Assembly: GCA_001599295.1 (NCBI GenBank)
Contig: BCGN01000002.1
Location: 1,426,001 to 1,490,000 of the forward strand
DNA: 64,000 nucleotides
Reading direction: 5' to 3'
DNA from: Sporopachydermia quercuum
Taxonomy: Eukaryota
Shown: positions 35,035-46,700 of the stretch, piece by piece
Layout of the letters: the number at the start of each line of letters is the position of its first letter
How positions within the stretch are numbered: position 1 is the first letter of the stretch
Translations under genes and position numbers: made by a program
The notes under the pieces: model-generated
Database searches by the model: none
Seen by the model: the letters and a program-made list of their open reading frames with translations, nothing else
What the model was told of the DNA's origin: nothing

Positions 35035-37078
35035 TTATTTGGCAAAGATCTTCTCAACATCAGCAATAGCTTGAGCCAAAACTTGTTGTTGGAATTTAGG
35101 GTTGGTGATTTCCTTTTGGACATTAGCAATAACAGTTTCTGCTAATTGCTTTTGTTCTCTTTGACGAACAGATGCTTCATATCTAACCCATGAGTCCAAA
35201 ACAGACTTAGCTTCAGTAGCCAACTCAACCTTTTGCTTTAATTCGAAAACTTCAGCTTCAGTCTTAACAGTTTCCTTGGAAACTTCAAATAAGATCTTGG
35301 TAGTGTCAACGACATCCTTTAATTGGGAAACAGAGTCAATTCTTTCTTGAACGGCTTCAACGTGCTTAGTTCTAGAGCTGTTCAAGATATCGCTGATGTT
35401 CTTAACAGCAGAGTCAGCGTAGTCCTTATATAAAGGAGCAACACCCTTAGAAACACCATAAGTGAAAGCTAAGAAACAAGCAAGTAAGATAGATTCTTCA
35501 TTGACAACGTACAATTGGTTGGAAATAACATAAATCAAACCAGCAGTTGAGGTAGCCAAAATACCAGTCTTAGACAAAGGACTGTTACCAGGAAGAGCAT
35601 CAATGATAGAAGCAGCCTTGGTTTTAGGATCTTCAGGGGCAGAAGAGTAGGATCTCATAGATAATGCACTAAATCAAATTCACCATCAATTGATTGGAAA
35701 ATTCATTAGACTACAATATAAGAATACTCATTTGTTGACCTTTTCCTTTGATAATATAAAGCCATATAATCATAAAATCAAACAGTCGATATCCATATAT
35801 TGTTATCATAATGATTCCATAATTGATGAAGAATGGTTAGTAATCGTTCTGAACAAAATATGTATAGATTTGAAGAAAAAAAATCCTGAATAGAGGTCTT
35901 GACGGTATGGAGATGATGAGACGTTGCTAAACCATTGATGACTATTGCTGATCGAATAGACGCGTAAGACATCAGAAATCAACTGTGCAATCATGTGGAA
36001 TAAATATCAAGAAAACACGCAGACTTTTGCATAGATATCGACATTTGGGAATGACTAACTCCAGGACAAATAACTCTAAAAAATCCAATATTTCTCTCTC
36101 GGTTGAAAGTAGTTGAATGTGGAGCAAACTTGTCGGTAATAGTTATTGAACCCTTTCCTTTCGTTATATAAGAACAATAATATGTGGTATGCTTTCATTT
36201 CACCAACCAGCAATCGAACCGAACTGCCTCAATTCTGTTTTTATTGATTTCTGTGTAATAGAGAACTGGTCATTTCCTCTCTAACTTCCTAACACGAAAT
36301 CTTACCCATCCCTATAATCAATGAACTAACAAATAAATCAATCACTTCATCAATCTCTAAAACAAGTTCAATATCCAATTCAATCACTTTTTCATTCAGA
36401 TGATCGTTTCCTCAATTAATTCTATCTTTATACTAATAATTCACATACGGAGCAACTCTGAGTCCACCCAAAGAAGGTCTAAGAGCTATAAACAATTTGT
36501 TAGAAACAAGCAATAATTATGAGTCTACACACCGTTTAGCTCAAACAATATTTATGATGAAAGATGATTTTTCAGATCGTCATTACTGTTGAACAGTTTG
36601 GATACTTCTTAATGTGACTTGTCAATGACCTTCTTCAGATCATCGATTATCTCTCCCTCATACCACTGATTCGACAATAGCTGCAACAACCGAATTNCAG
36701 TCAATTCTGAGATCAAAGCACTAGTTGATCCTCTTATGCACTGAAAGATTTCTCTTGCAATACATTTTCCATACATTTAACAATCTATCAAATTAACACC
36801 ATAAATTGTAATTGAACAACCATCCCCAAACCTCAAATCACCATACATCAACTCCCTGTACATATCACACTCATCAACATGAACCATGGACCTCATTTCC
36901 CCATCCAATACCAACCAAAATTTACATCAATTCAATCATATCCAAATCCAACATTCAGTAATATCGTCAAATCTTACAATTCATCCAAAATATCATAGAT
37001 ACCCGGCAACTAATCCAACTCCATTCCATTCATGCCCTTACCTCTCAAAGAGCTTGAAGCAGCTAATCTAAGACTCAT
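35035..37078 (-). CDS. ATP4: Mitochondrial ATP synthase subunit b (4); exons 37078-37042, 36485-36449, 35668-35035 (235 aa)
   Basis: DPKTKAASIIDALPGNS...EAKSVLDSWVRYEA. Two 37-nt exons encode the presequence MSLRLAASSSLRALRPSLGGLRVAP. Introns are 556 and 780 nt. Confidence 0.95.
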
Positions 37079-38053
37079 CTTGCTTAAGCTATTAAATACA
37101 ATTCAATTAATTTATATGTATATATTAATTGATCCTCAGTACTAAACAACTGGTGTTTTGACTGCTCATAAGTCTATCCAAGACGTTCTTTCTCTTCCTT
37201 ATTCAATTGTAATTTGTATAGTAATGTATACAATTCTAAAGGATTCACCATTCCTACTCGACGACGTTTGCCAATTCTGAGGGAGTTTTCACATTGGCCG
37301 AGAATGGAATATACGGAGAGGATAATAATTGTACGTAGTTCATCTGATAGATGCATTGTGTGGCATCTATAGGAAATGTATGGGATGGGAATGAGATGTG
37401 TACGGTAGGAGAATAGGGGCTACACCCAAACATCGCAGATTGAACATTGAGATGATAAAGAAAAAAGTTACCCGGAGTAGAATGAAGAGAGGGGTTTACG
37501 AGATATCTATATGAAAATTAGAAGGGAGTAAATGATGGATTGATAAGTGGAGATAGATAAGATGAGTATCCTAGATTCAATTGCGGTATCTATATTCATC
37601 ATTAATGAAAGAGCAGTTGAATAAAAGATCTTCTATTGATTTGGATAACATAACATGATTCTATTATTATATGTGATTTTAGTTCTTCTTATATGTAGTT
37701 TGATCAGTTTCTCTATGGCGAGCTGTGCTGAAAGCTCCCTCCTTATGTTCCATATTAAAACTTATCATGTATAGCACATTTGTTGTCTGGTATCTTCTTA
37801 CTCATGACTTCTCCGCGAGAAGATTGGATTATTCCTTCAGAAAATTGAAGAAATATCAATTCTATAAAATAATACAAGTTTAGGTTCTAACCTATGAAAT
37901 ATTCAGTATCAACCATTACGGTTGTGAATGTGTATGAAATGCCATATTATTCAGATCATTATCATGATCAGAGAATTACGTGAAGATTCTCACCTAAAGC
38001 AACTTCTTAAAGCCTATAACACATGCCAAAGGTGTTGCTGAGCATGGGGTATC

Positions 38054-39640
38054 TTATCCTCTTAATCGAGTTCTTTCCTCTAACGATGCATCACCAGACT
38101 GCCCAACAATCGAGTCAGCGGGCCTCCAGATTTGAACTTCATTATCAGCACCCACACTACACATAGTCCATGGTTCTCTAGGATTCCAGTCAATATCCAT
38201 AACACCTTGACTATGACCACCATGAATAAACAATAATTCAGGAGGACCTTCTGATAAAGCTGATTCATCTGATACAGGATCATTAATTCTTGAAACATCC
38301 CATAACATAACTCTTCTATCAGATATAGAAGCACTTGCGAGTATACAAGAATTATGAGGACTCCACTCTAATGATGAAACAGAATCCTGATGTCCAACCA
38401 TTGAATGAATCTTCTGATCGAATCTTCGCAAATCCCATAGAGTAATTGATTTATCTTCTGAACCCGTAGCAAACAAATACTCGTTGAATGGATTAAAGGA
38501 AACTGCATTAATGGGCTTTTTATGACCATCAAGATTGATCTGCGTGCTATCTGCTTGCAGACGAATATCATGAGACCTAATTGAACAGTCGTCTGCGACG
38601 CTAACAAACAAAGAATCATGACTTCGAAACCATTGAATATCGTTGACCTGTGCATTGTGTCCTTTAAACACTCTTGATGGGCCAATTATAGATGTGTTTT
38701 CTCTCCACTGTTTGATGTTCCATAAAGCAATTGTAGTATCTTCAGATCCCGTCAAAAGACTTCCTTCTTGCTGTAAATTCCACGAAATACCAAAGGTATC
38801 ACCGTGATGATGTTTCAATGTTAATTCTGGTTTCCCTTTAGGATTAGGAATACTAGGGTGTTTCGTTCTATCATATATATATGTCACACCATTGAGACCG
38901 CATGTTCCTATAATATCAGGCTTTTGGGGCATATACCTTGCTCTATTAACTTCTCCTTTATCATGTATAATCCTTTGAATGATTCTCAAATTACTTTTCT
39001 GTGTTGGATTTATACCAAACTCATTCTTATCATTATCAAATGATTTCAAATCTGGCATCTGAGACCCCAATTGTGGGAGATCTATATCACCAATCTGTAA
39101 GTACTCAGATGCTGCACCGGATGTATATGAACCTAATAACAATCTATATTTTGCATAATTGGTTGATGGATCCCTGTATTTATCATTCATACCGTTAGTC
39201 GGACATTAAGAAATGTAGATAACTTATCGATTCAGCATCCAGAAAAACACTTACACTTCGACATCTGGAAACCATTGGACTGTTAAAGAAGGCCATAGTA
39301 ATGTAGATACTATACACATATCATAAAGATATGNGGCATTTTTTTTCCAGATTCTATGCTCTATTAGGCCGTTTTAATATGTTAGTATTTAATCAATAAA
39401 TTCTGATAATAGAACTATAATCCATATCACTAATGTACAGATTCTGATAACTTCTTTAATGCTTACCTTTGCTAATCTCAGCTATATCAACTCGAAGGAC
39501 AGTTGTGTTAGTTTCAATTACCCATTTTGATATATAGTATTTTGAAATATAGTCCAGTTGCTATCAACCTTCAACTTCAGCCTATTCTCAACTACCTTAT
39601 GTCACCAAATTCACATACCATCATCAAAGTCGTCCCCCAT
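38054..39640 (-). CDS. MSI1: WD40 histone chaperone of the RbAp48 family (CAF-1 subunit Msi1); exons 39640-39619, 39481-39467, 39360-39255, 39173-38054 (420 aa)
   Basis: EHRIWKKNAxYLYD...LLWPSLTVQWFPD, GEVNRARYMPQ and GPPELLFIHGGH. MSI1 preferred over HAT2 on synteny. Confidence 0.85.
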
Positions 39641-39852
39641 GGTGAATTACGATGTAACCTTTGATATGTTCAAACCTTAGAAGCAGCTGATTCATTCAAC
39701 TATCTGCAAGTCAATAAAACCAAAAAAAAAACACCTTCAATGGCTTTGATGTGATGAACTATTCATAATCTATAAAGTTTGTCCATTGTTATTGTCTATA
39801 TGTAAACGTTCAAGCTACAAGAGTGAAAGATGTTCTCCCGTAGAAAGGCAAT

Positions 39853-39858
39853 ACGCGT
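39853..39858. promoter_or_regulatory. MCB element ACGCGT upstream of MSI1
   Basis: Exact ACGCGT about 215 bp upstream of the ATG, with an SCB-like TTTCGTG nearby; fits a G1/S chromatin-assembly gene. Confidence 0.45.
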
Positions 39859-40120
39859 GCATTATCTTTTTTTTTCGTGATTTGTGATTGAGTTACTTAC
39901 AGAGGAGAGATGATTTGTTGTTTACGTGATCAATGATTGGGTGACTATTCTATAGAGTTGACTATATGCATAAAGATACAGGAAAGTGCATGATATGGAA
40001 GAATAATGTGGGTCGTTGAATGGTTTCATTCGCGAGCTACGTATTGATACTAGTCTGATTTATAGGTTATTTCACGATTGAAACATTACCTGAGAGTAGG
40101 GATAGTTTGCATTTTGAATA

Positions 40121-40300
40121 TGTTAGAGTATAATAGGAAATGATGCGCACTNTATATGNAGGTGATATGAAGGTTCGAAAACATGTATGAAGGATATAGG
40201 TTTGTAAGCCAAAAGTATGCATAAGAAGGATAGTTGTACCAGATGGTACNATTATAAAGATAGGATGNCATTATTAACCAAATTCTTATAAATTTTAACA
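40121..40300. mobile_element. Possible degenerate solo LTR or small element (TGTTA...TAACA)
   Basis: 180 bp bounded by imperfect inverted ends TGTTAGAGT/ATTTTAACA, with 4 ambiguous bases. No target-site duplication. Confidence 0.3.
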
Positions 40301-40661
40301 CTACAAGGCCGCTTATGTATGTTTAGGAATTTCAGAGAAACCATTACGACTTTGAATGAGAAGAACCCTCGAAGAGTGCGAATTGGGGGAGTATCTTCAG
40401 TTGATTGTTGGCTAGATCTTAGAGATCATTGTAGGAATAGAGAAGACTATCCAACCAGCTATTTCCCTGTTGAAAGCAGAACTTGTTGTGGAAGCATTCT
40501 ATCTCTGCCCAAGTAAATGCATTTGGCGCATATGCATATTGAGGCTAATACTAACAATTGGAAGCAAATNAGAGGAACCATCTTTAATTGAAAAGTGTCC
40601 ATTATGCTAGCCTGATACCATATTCTGACTTTTCATATGATGGAGTATGTTTCAGTACAAT

Positions 40662-41852
40662 CTAACTGGCAGAGGCATCATCAAGCGCGGCATCAATCAA
40701 ACTGTCATCAGCGTCAAGTGTTGAAAGTTCTTTTGTTAGCTCGCTTACTTTCCGTAAACTTTCTTTTATTTGATCCAATCGTTCTTTTGCAAGCCTTACC
40801 CCATTGTCAATATTCTCAATATATTCCCTATTAAATAAATGCTTTTGCACGACATCCATATCAGTACTTTCCCATAGTTCTCTATATTCCGATTCATCAT
40901 TACCTTCCAAAGCTCTATTGTCACTTAGCTCGATAACTCTGGCCAAATCTATTTGAGATTTTCTAAACTCTTCCATTGCTTCTGCATGATGCTTTCCAAA
41001 CAAACTCCCTGCACTTCTAGCATCCTTTGCAACTTTTCTCACATCATCAAGCATGTCAATCTCTGACCATAGTTTATCTTGATTATCCACTAATGGCTTA
41101 TAACTTGGAATCTGATCTGNCGGCACTTTTGTTCTGGGAGCAGCACTTTCGATTGATTTTGATTTACCAAAATCTTTTTTGAAAAACGATCCGCCATAAT
41201 CTTCCGTCGTTCCTGTACTTTGCGTTGTTAATTCACGTCGGTTGTTTAATGATCGAGTAGTACTAAGGCCACTAGCTCCGCTTTTTAACTTTTTCAAATC
41301 GTCCAGCTCNTTGAGCCTACTAGCAACAGAATTGTCGGTCAAGACGTGTGTCAACTTATTAGAATCCAGCAAACTGCTGTTCCCTGAATTATTAGCTATA
41401 ACCCCGATTGTACCAGAATGAGTTCTTGTGATCCCATTGCTTCTTCGATTGAACAACAATGGTGATCCNAGGCCGCTAGAACTTTTGTTGATATTACTAG
41501 CAGCAGAAGGCTGAATATTTGATATCGTCCTAGTAGCATATAACGGGTTTATATTATCTCCTGTTTTCATTGAAGTTCTTGATTGGATTCTAGCTGGTCG
41601 ATTATATAGAGACCAGCTTGTGTCATCATCACCAGTACCAAGTTGGTTCTTCCCTCTAGCTTTATTAGAACCTGATATCTCAGCATGTTCTTTCATTATA
41701 CTGTTATTATCATTGCGGGAATACACTTGAACACTTTCTTCATCAGTGTTAATGTCACTTTCATATTCATCTCCTTCTGATATTATTGATCCCTTTCTAT
41801 CAGACCTTGGGAACAAGCCATGCTTGGTATGAACTGTGTCTTGAATCTCCAT
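40662..41852 (-). CDS. Uncharacterised protein, DUF5315-like (YBR197C/YPL077C position)
   Basis: 396 aa, disordered N-terminus, C-terminal motif DKLWSEIDMLDDVRKVA followed by a coiled coil. Lies between MSI1 and GPI2/TAF5. Confidence 0.7.
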   Translation of the reverse strand: MEIQDTVHTKHGLFPRSDRKGSIISEGDEYESDINTDEESVQVYSRNDNNSIMKEHAEISGSNKARGKNQLGTGDDDTSWSLYNRPARIQSRTSMKTGDNINPLYATRTISNIQPSAASNINKSSSGXGSPLLFNRRSNGITRTHSGTIGVIANNSGNSSLLDSNKLTHVLTDNSVASRLXELDDLKKLKSGASGLSTTRSLNNRRELTTQSTGTTEDYGGSFFKKDFGKSKSIESAAPRTKVPXDQIPSYKPLVDNQDKLWSEIDMLDDVRKVAKDARSAGSLFGKHHAEAMEEFRKSQIDLARVIELSDNRALEGNDESEYRELWESTDMDVVQKHLFNREYIENIDNGVRLAKERLDQIKESLRKVSELTKELSTLDADDSLIDAALDDASAS

Positions 41853-42954
41853 ATCTTCTGGGTTGAGTTAGCAACTCTAACTGCTGTATCAAATATTTTT
41901 ATCAATCAACTACTTAGAACCTCCCAGTACATGTTCCCTAATGGTGATTAATCGTATAAAACAGGAATAGGCTATTTACAATAAGAGCAAGCTGATAGCA
42001 GGCTGTTGTTCATGGTAAATGNAACTCAGATTAGGTTTGAAACGCCTGCAATAGAATGCAATGAACAAACACTAATGTGAACTTTATCTGAGTATGAAAG
42101 TTGAGCAAATGTGAGAAGATATACAGCGTTTTGACGACAAATGAAAATCATTTTAACACATTAGAATAGTCCCGATAAAGCTTTTGAGGATACTATAAAG
42201 CTAACAAAATCTCTTCAAACTAATAATTTGCAAGAAATGCATCAAGTAGTAGGATACGTATTATACCAGGAAAGTGTGTGTAGTTATGAAAGTATGCTGT
42301 ACGATATATGTTTAACCCCAAATATGCATTTCAAATGCCATTTATTTCACGGATAAAAGTTCTACTATCTCTGATATATCTACTTATTATCTTCGCTAAT
42401 CTCTGACGCAACAAAACTAATTTAAAACTTGCTCAAGAAACAGAGATCTTGCCTCAATTCTTCCCCTCCACATTTTAAATAAAGTTCCTCTATGCATTGA
42501 ACATGCATTACTTCAAACGGGAAATGAGAAAAAAGTTCCCCTCCTAATAATTGATGACATAATACAAAAAGAGCCATACCATCCAGCACAAAAGCCACAC
42601 GTCTTAAAGGACTTGAACAATTGTCAGATGAACACAAATAATGATCGGATCAATAGCTATTCAGATTTCATAGTATATAACTAATATCACTAGTAGCTGG
42701 TGACAATTAATTGCATGGTATTGGNTCTCAACAAAAGGTTTGCATTATACTCAATTTTTATTTGAAATCTGACCGAAATTCGGCACCTATATCCTCTGTA
42801 ATCATTGGGTAAATACCAAATAAGAAGATCAATATTACTTCCTCAACAGAATTCTCACCGTTCTCATCGTCATATTTTATGATTCTGCGTTTCCATACTT
42901 GAGTCCGTTGCTCTACCAATTACTCATCACAACTTGTAACAAGCATGCATTCCA

Positions 42955-44020
42955 ATGGACACCCTACAAATAGAAAATCTACATTTCCACCATAGATCTC
43001 CATCACCTATACCAATATATGCTGGAAGTATCTCGTCAAAGCAATCTGATCAGGTAAAGCCGTGGAGGAAACTATTATGGCTACAGCAACCCTACCCCGA
43101 TAATTACGTTGATTCCTCATTTTTGTCGCAATTGAAAAGAAACTCAACTGTTCAAAGGTACTCATATTGGTCTCTTGTGGCTGATTTCTCATTGGTGGTA
43201 GTTCATTTATGCACCGTTATAATATTCATTACTGTATTTGTTGGATTATTCTCTCAAGGATGGAATCCTCTCGGCTTAACATTGAGTTGCTTTATATCAA
43301 CGCTTCTTGGCTATATTGTATGGGAAAAGCTTGATAACTCCGAAAGAGATATCACCAATAGCTTTGTTAATTTGAAATCAGCTACATTGATTGTATTTAT
43401 AATTCTAGCATTATCTCCAGTATTGAAATCTCTCACATTATCAACATCTTCAGATTCTATTTGGGCATTGACAGTCTGGCTTCTGATTTTCAATGTTCTA
43501 TTTCATGATTATTCTCTACAGGATTCTCATCAGTTCAAGCCGATATTAGCCACCAACCTAGCATTTGCTTCTGCCATAGTATTAGCATCAAGATTAGCCA
43601 CTACAATATCTGTTTTCAGTTTCATTCTTTTCTCAATTGAGCTTTTTGGTTTAGTTCCATTTTTCTCGAAATGGCTAAGAAGCTACTCATTTAGGGCTCA
43701 TGCTGTTGCAATGATCCTTTTGAGTATCATTGTTGATATAATTGTATTTATAATGACTGGTCCTTGGGTTCTTATAATATGGTTCTGTCTACAGATATTT
43801 GCAGTAGTAGTAGCACCATTATGGTTGATAAGATTGCAACAGTATAAGAAGTATGTTTATATGCTATATGATGTTGATTATAAGGAAAAGAAAAGTTTAT
43901 TATTTAGAGATTTGGCATCAATTACTAACCATTTTTCTTTTTNTTTCTAGTGAGATTCAAGGTCCATGGGATCCTGCAAAACCTGTTATATCATCAGCAC
44001 ACGATTCCGGACCTGGCTAG
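42955..44020 (+). CDS. GPI2: GPI-GlcNAc transferase subunit Gpi2 (PIG-C); exons 42955-43850 and 43951-44020 (321 aa)
   Basis: WRKLLWLQQPYPDNYVD and LSPVLKSLTLSTSSDSIW. Splicing GTATGT..TACTAAC..TAG restores the conserved end YKNEIQGPWDPAKP. Confidence 0.95.
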
Positions 44021-44231
44021 TTGTAGAATATACGAAACAACAGAATAACATAACACACTACCATTACTTTCAGCAGGAACAGATTTCAACTGCAAATAAT
44101 ATTTAAAACACATGCATGGGTTTATATCTTTATATAAGCACACACAACATAATACACATGACAAAGAATCAGCCAATTGATCACCTCTTCCTTGAAAATC
44201 AAAGCCAAACCTATTTCACGTCCCTTCTCAT

Positions 44232-46700
44232 CTATCCCATAAATGCACCTGCTGCTAAACATAAGTTTTTCTTAGTGAAGCTTACTNTATACACTGGAGT
44301 CTTCTTCGTGAAATAAGCTACCATATGATCAGGTGTAGCTACAACTTCTCTTTTCTTTTTACCATCATCAATTAATGATTTCACACTACCAGAACCTGAT
44401 CCACCGACAGAATCTGACTCTTTACCTGCTGATTCTTTCTCGTCACCCATTGAAAATGGCTCAGGNTCAGAATATACGTCTGTAGTACCTTTTTTAACAT
44501 CCCAAACTCTTACTGAGTTATCAGAACCAGAAGAAACCAATGTAGAGCCCTCACGAGAAAATGCTAATGAATAAATTGAACAATTGCCGTGTCCTCTCAT
44601 TGTCTTCAGTCTACGACCTGTACCTATGTCCCAAACGTTTATAACATGATCTTCACCACCTGTTGCCAACCATCGGCCATCAGGAGATACGGCCATAGTA
44701 TTTATAGGTCCAGTATGACCAATGAATATTCTAACTGATTTCCCATTAGTGATATCCCACATACGACAAGTTTTATCACTTGAACCTGTGAAAACATAGG
44801 TAGAATTAGGATGGAATGTAACACAGTCAACATCACTTAAATGTCCAGCGAAAATCCTTAAAGGATATATATGGTCACATGACCAAAGACGAGCAGTTTG
44901 ATCATGTGAAGCAGTAGCAAAATAATGGCCGAACGGTGCAAATGAAACATCCCATATAGGGTGATTATGTCCTTTATATGATACTAGAGATGTATAAGTA
45001 TCTGTCGACCATAGTCTAACAGTTTTATCTTCTGAACAACTAAGCAGATACCTGCTATCAGGACTGAAAGATGTACCATATACTGCACCAGCATGACCAA
45101 CCAATCTTCTGCTTGCCATAACATTATTTGAATCATCATCAACGTGAAATAATCCTTTTTTCCCGTTTTTGTTCTCTTTCAAAACACTTTTTAAAGGGCT
45201 ACCATCTAGACTCCATAGTCTTACAAACGAATCAGAAAAACCACCAGCAACTAAAGTAGAATCCTCAGAGAATTCTAAACAGTTTAGATCATTGTGCGTA
45301 TTATGAAATGTATACATACAAACAGTTGGTAGAATAGACTGTACAGGGTCTAATTTGTACTGAGTTCTAGCATCAGTTACAGCTTGAATTTCACGTTCAA
45401 CATCAACGATAGTTGGCATTGGTAATGGTAGAGTATCACGCGATGGTGAGTCATGGTCTTCTTTCTTGATTCTTTTGAAAGTTTCTTCAAAGGTTTCTTG
45501 CTTCTCTTCTTCATTCTCATCATCAGTAGTCTTCTTTGCTTCTTTCCTATCATCGCTTGTTGTTTCAGAGTCTATATCCATTTTATGAGCTGCTTCTTGT
45601 TGTTGTAACAATTTCTCTTGTTGTAGTTTCTCTCTCTTGATTACTTCATCTTTATTTCTTAACTCAGCTTCAACTTCCCTCTCTAACTCAGGTTCTAAAG
45701 GCATTTTCCCTAATTTTACAGGCTGAGAATTAAATTTACCAATCTCAATATTCTCAGAATAACCAGGAATACCTTCATCTGCTGATAATTGAAACATATC
45801 ATCATCTTTAACAGGTGTAGTAGAAACTTTTAATTCAATGTACTGATTGATCAATCTAATGATCGTAGAACCACCGATTGCTTCATTTTCATGTAGAAAA
45901 TAGAATAATAGCTGTGTTGGTGTACTGCTTAGACGCACTTTATACTTATTCTTTCGATACCTTTTCGCTATTTCATTATCCTTTATATGATCCTTCAAAT
46001 AAACACCACTCAGAGAGTTAACCTCTGAAGCATGTAATAACATATGATCCTGTGAAAAGTCGTCAAAAAAATCCTTTGCTTCCTGCGGATGATTATAAGT
46101 TACTAGATCTAAGATAGAGTGAACAAAAATAGGGTAAAGGATTCTTTCTAGTTCAGGTCGATATAAATCAAGAGATGATTCAATCCAGTTCTTGAACAGA
46201 AGATAAGCTCGTTCATAAACAGTTGTATCATCTTTTATGGCAGCAGCAGCAGAAATGAACTTTTGATGTTGAGCTGGTGCTTGTGCTTGCTGTGAAGCTT
46301 GAGATGCCGCTGCACCTTTCTTACCTTTGACGACAGGTTCTACATAAGCAATAGTTGGAGCCACAGGAGTCAACGGAGTAGTGGAAGGATTCGCAACTGG
46401 AGTTTGAGGCGTTGATCCAGAGTTGATGGATTCCATTCTTAACATAGATTCTGTTTTATGATAACCCTTTTTCGCCAAATATTCCAATACAATTTTATTC
46501 AAGTCTGCTTGAGAGAAACCTGATTTACCAGTGGATTTACCACTTGCTGGTTTTCCCGACGAACCTGAGCCTGGTGTTGAAGAGCTTCCATTTGAACTGC
46601 CACTTGGTAGCTTTTGGCTTCCACTGCCAGCATTATTACTTGTTTCTGTCTTGACCTTGACATCAGGCCTACCAGGAGTGGAGTTTGGAGTTCCTGACAT
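44232..46700 (-). CDS. TAF5: TFIID/SAGA subunit Taf5
   Basis: LisH (DLNKIVLEYLAKKGY), NTD2 region and WD40 repeats (HYFATASHDQTARLWSCDHIYPLRIFAGH), ending FTKKTPV. Confidence 0.97.
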   Translation of the reverse strand: MSGTPNSTPGRPDVKVKTETSNNAGSGSQKLPSGSSNGSSSTPGSGSSGKPASGKSTGKSGFSQADLNKIVLEYLAKKGYHKTESMLRMESINSGSTPQTPVANPSTTPLTPVAPTIAYVEPVVKGKKGAAASQASQQAQAPAQHQKFISAAAAIKDDTTVYERAYLLFKNWIESSLDLYRPELERILYPIFVHSILDLVTYNHPQEAKDFFDDFSQDHMLLHASEVNSLSGVYLKDHIKDNEIAKRYRKNKYKVRLSSTPTQLLFYFLHENEAIGGSTIIRLINQYIELKVSTTPVKDDDMFQLSADEGIPGYSENIEIGKFNSQPVKLGKMPLEPELEREVEAELRNKDEVIKREKLQQEKLLQQQEAAHKMDIDSETTSDDRKEAKKTTDDENEEEKQETFEETFKRIKKEDHDSPSRDTLPLPMPTIVDVEREIQAVTDARTQYKLDPVQSILPTVCMYTFHNTHNDLNCLEFSEDSTLVAGGFSDSFVRLWSLDGSPLKSVLKENKNGKKGLFHVDDDSNNVMASRRLVGHAGAVYGTSFSPDSRYLLSCSEDKTVRLWSTDTYTSLVSYKGHNHPIWDVSFAPFGHYFATASHDQTARLWSCDHIYPLRIFAGHLSDVDCVTFHPNSTYVFTGSSDKTCRMWDITNGKSVRIFIGHTGPINTMAVSPDGRWLATGGEDHVINVWDIGTGRRLKTMRGHGNCSIYSLAFSREGSTLVSSGSDNSVRVWDVKKGTTDVYSXPEPFSMGDEKESAGKESDSVGGSGSGSVKSLIDDGKKKREVVATPDHMVAYFTKKTPVYXVSFTKKNLCLAAGAFMG

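Noticed and set aside
40171..40180. GGTTCGAA tRNA B-box-like word
   Set aside because: No A box or cloverleaf structure.
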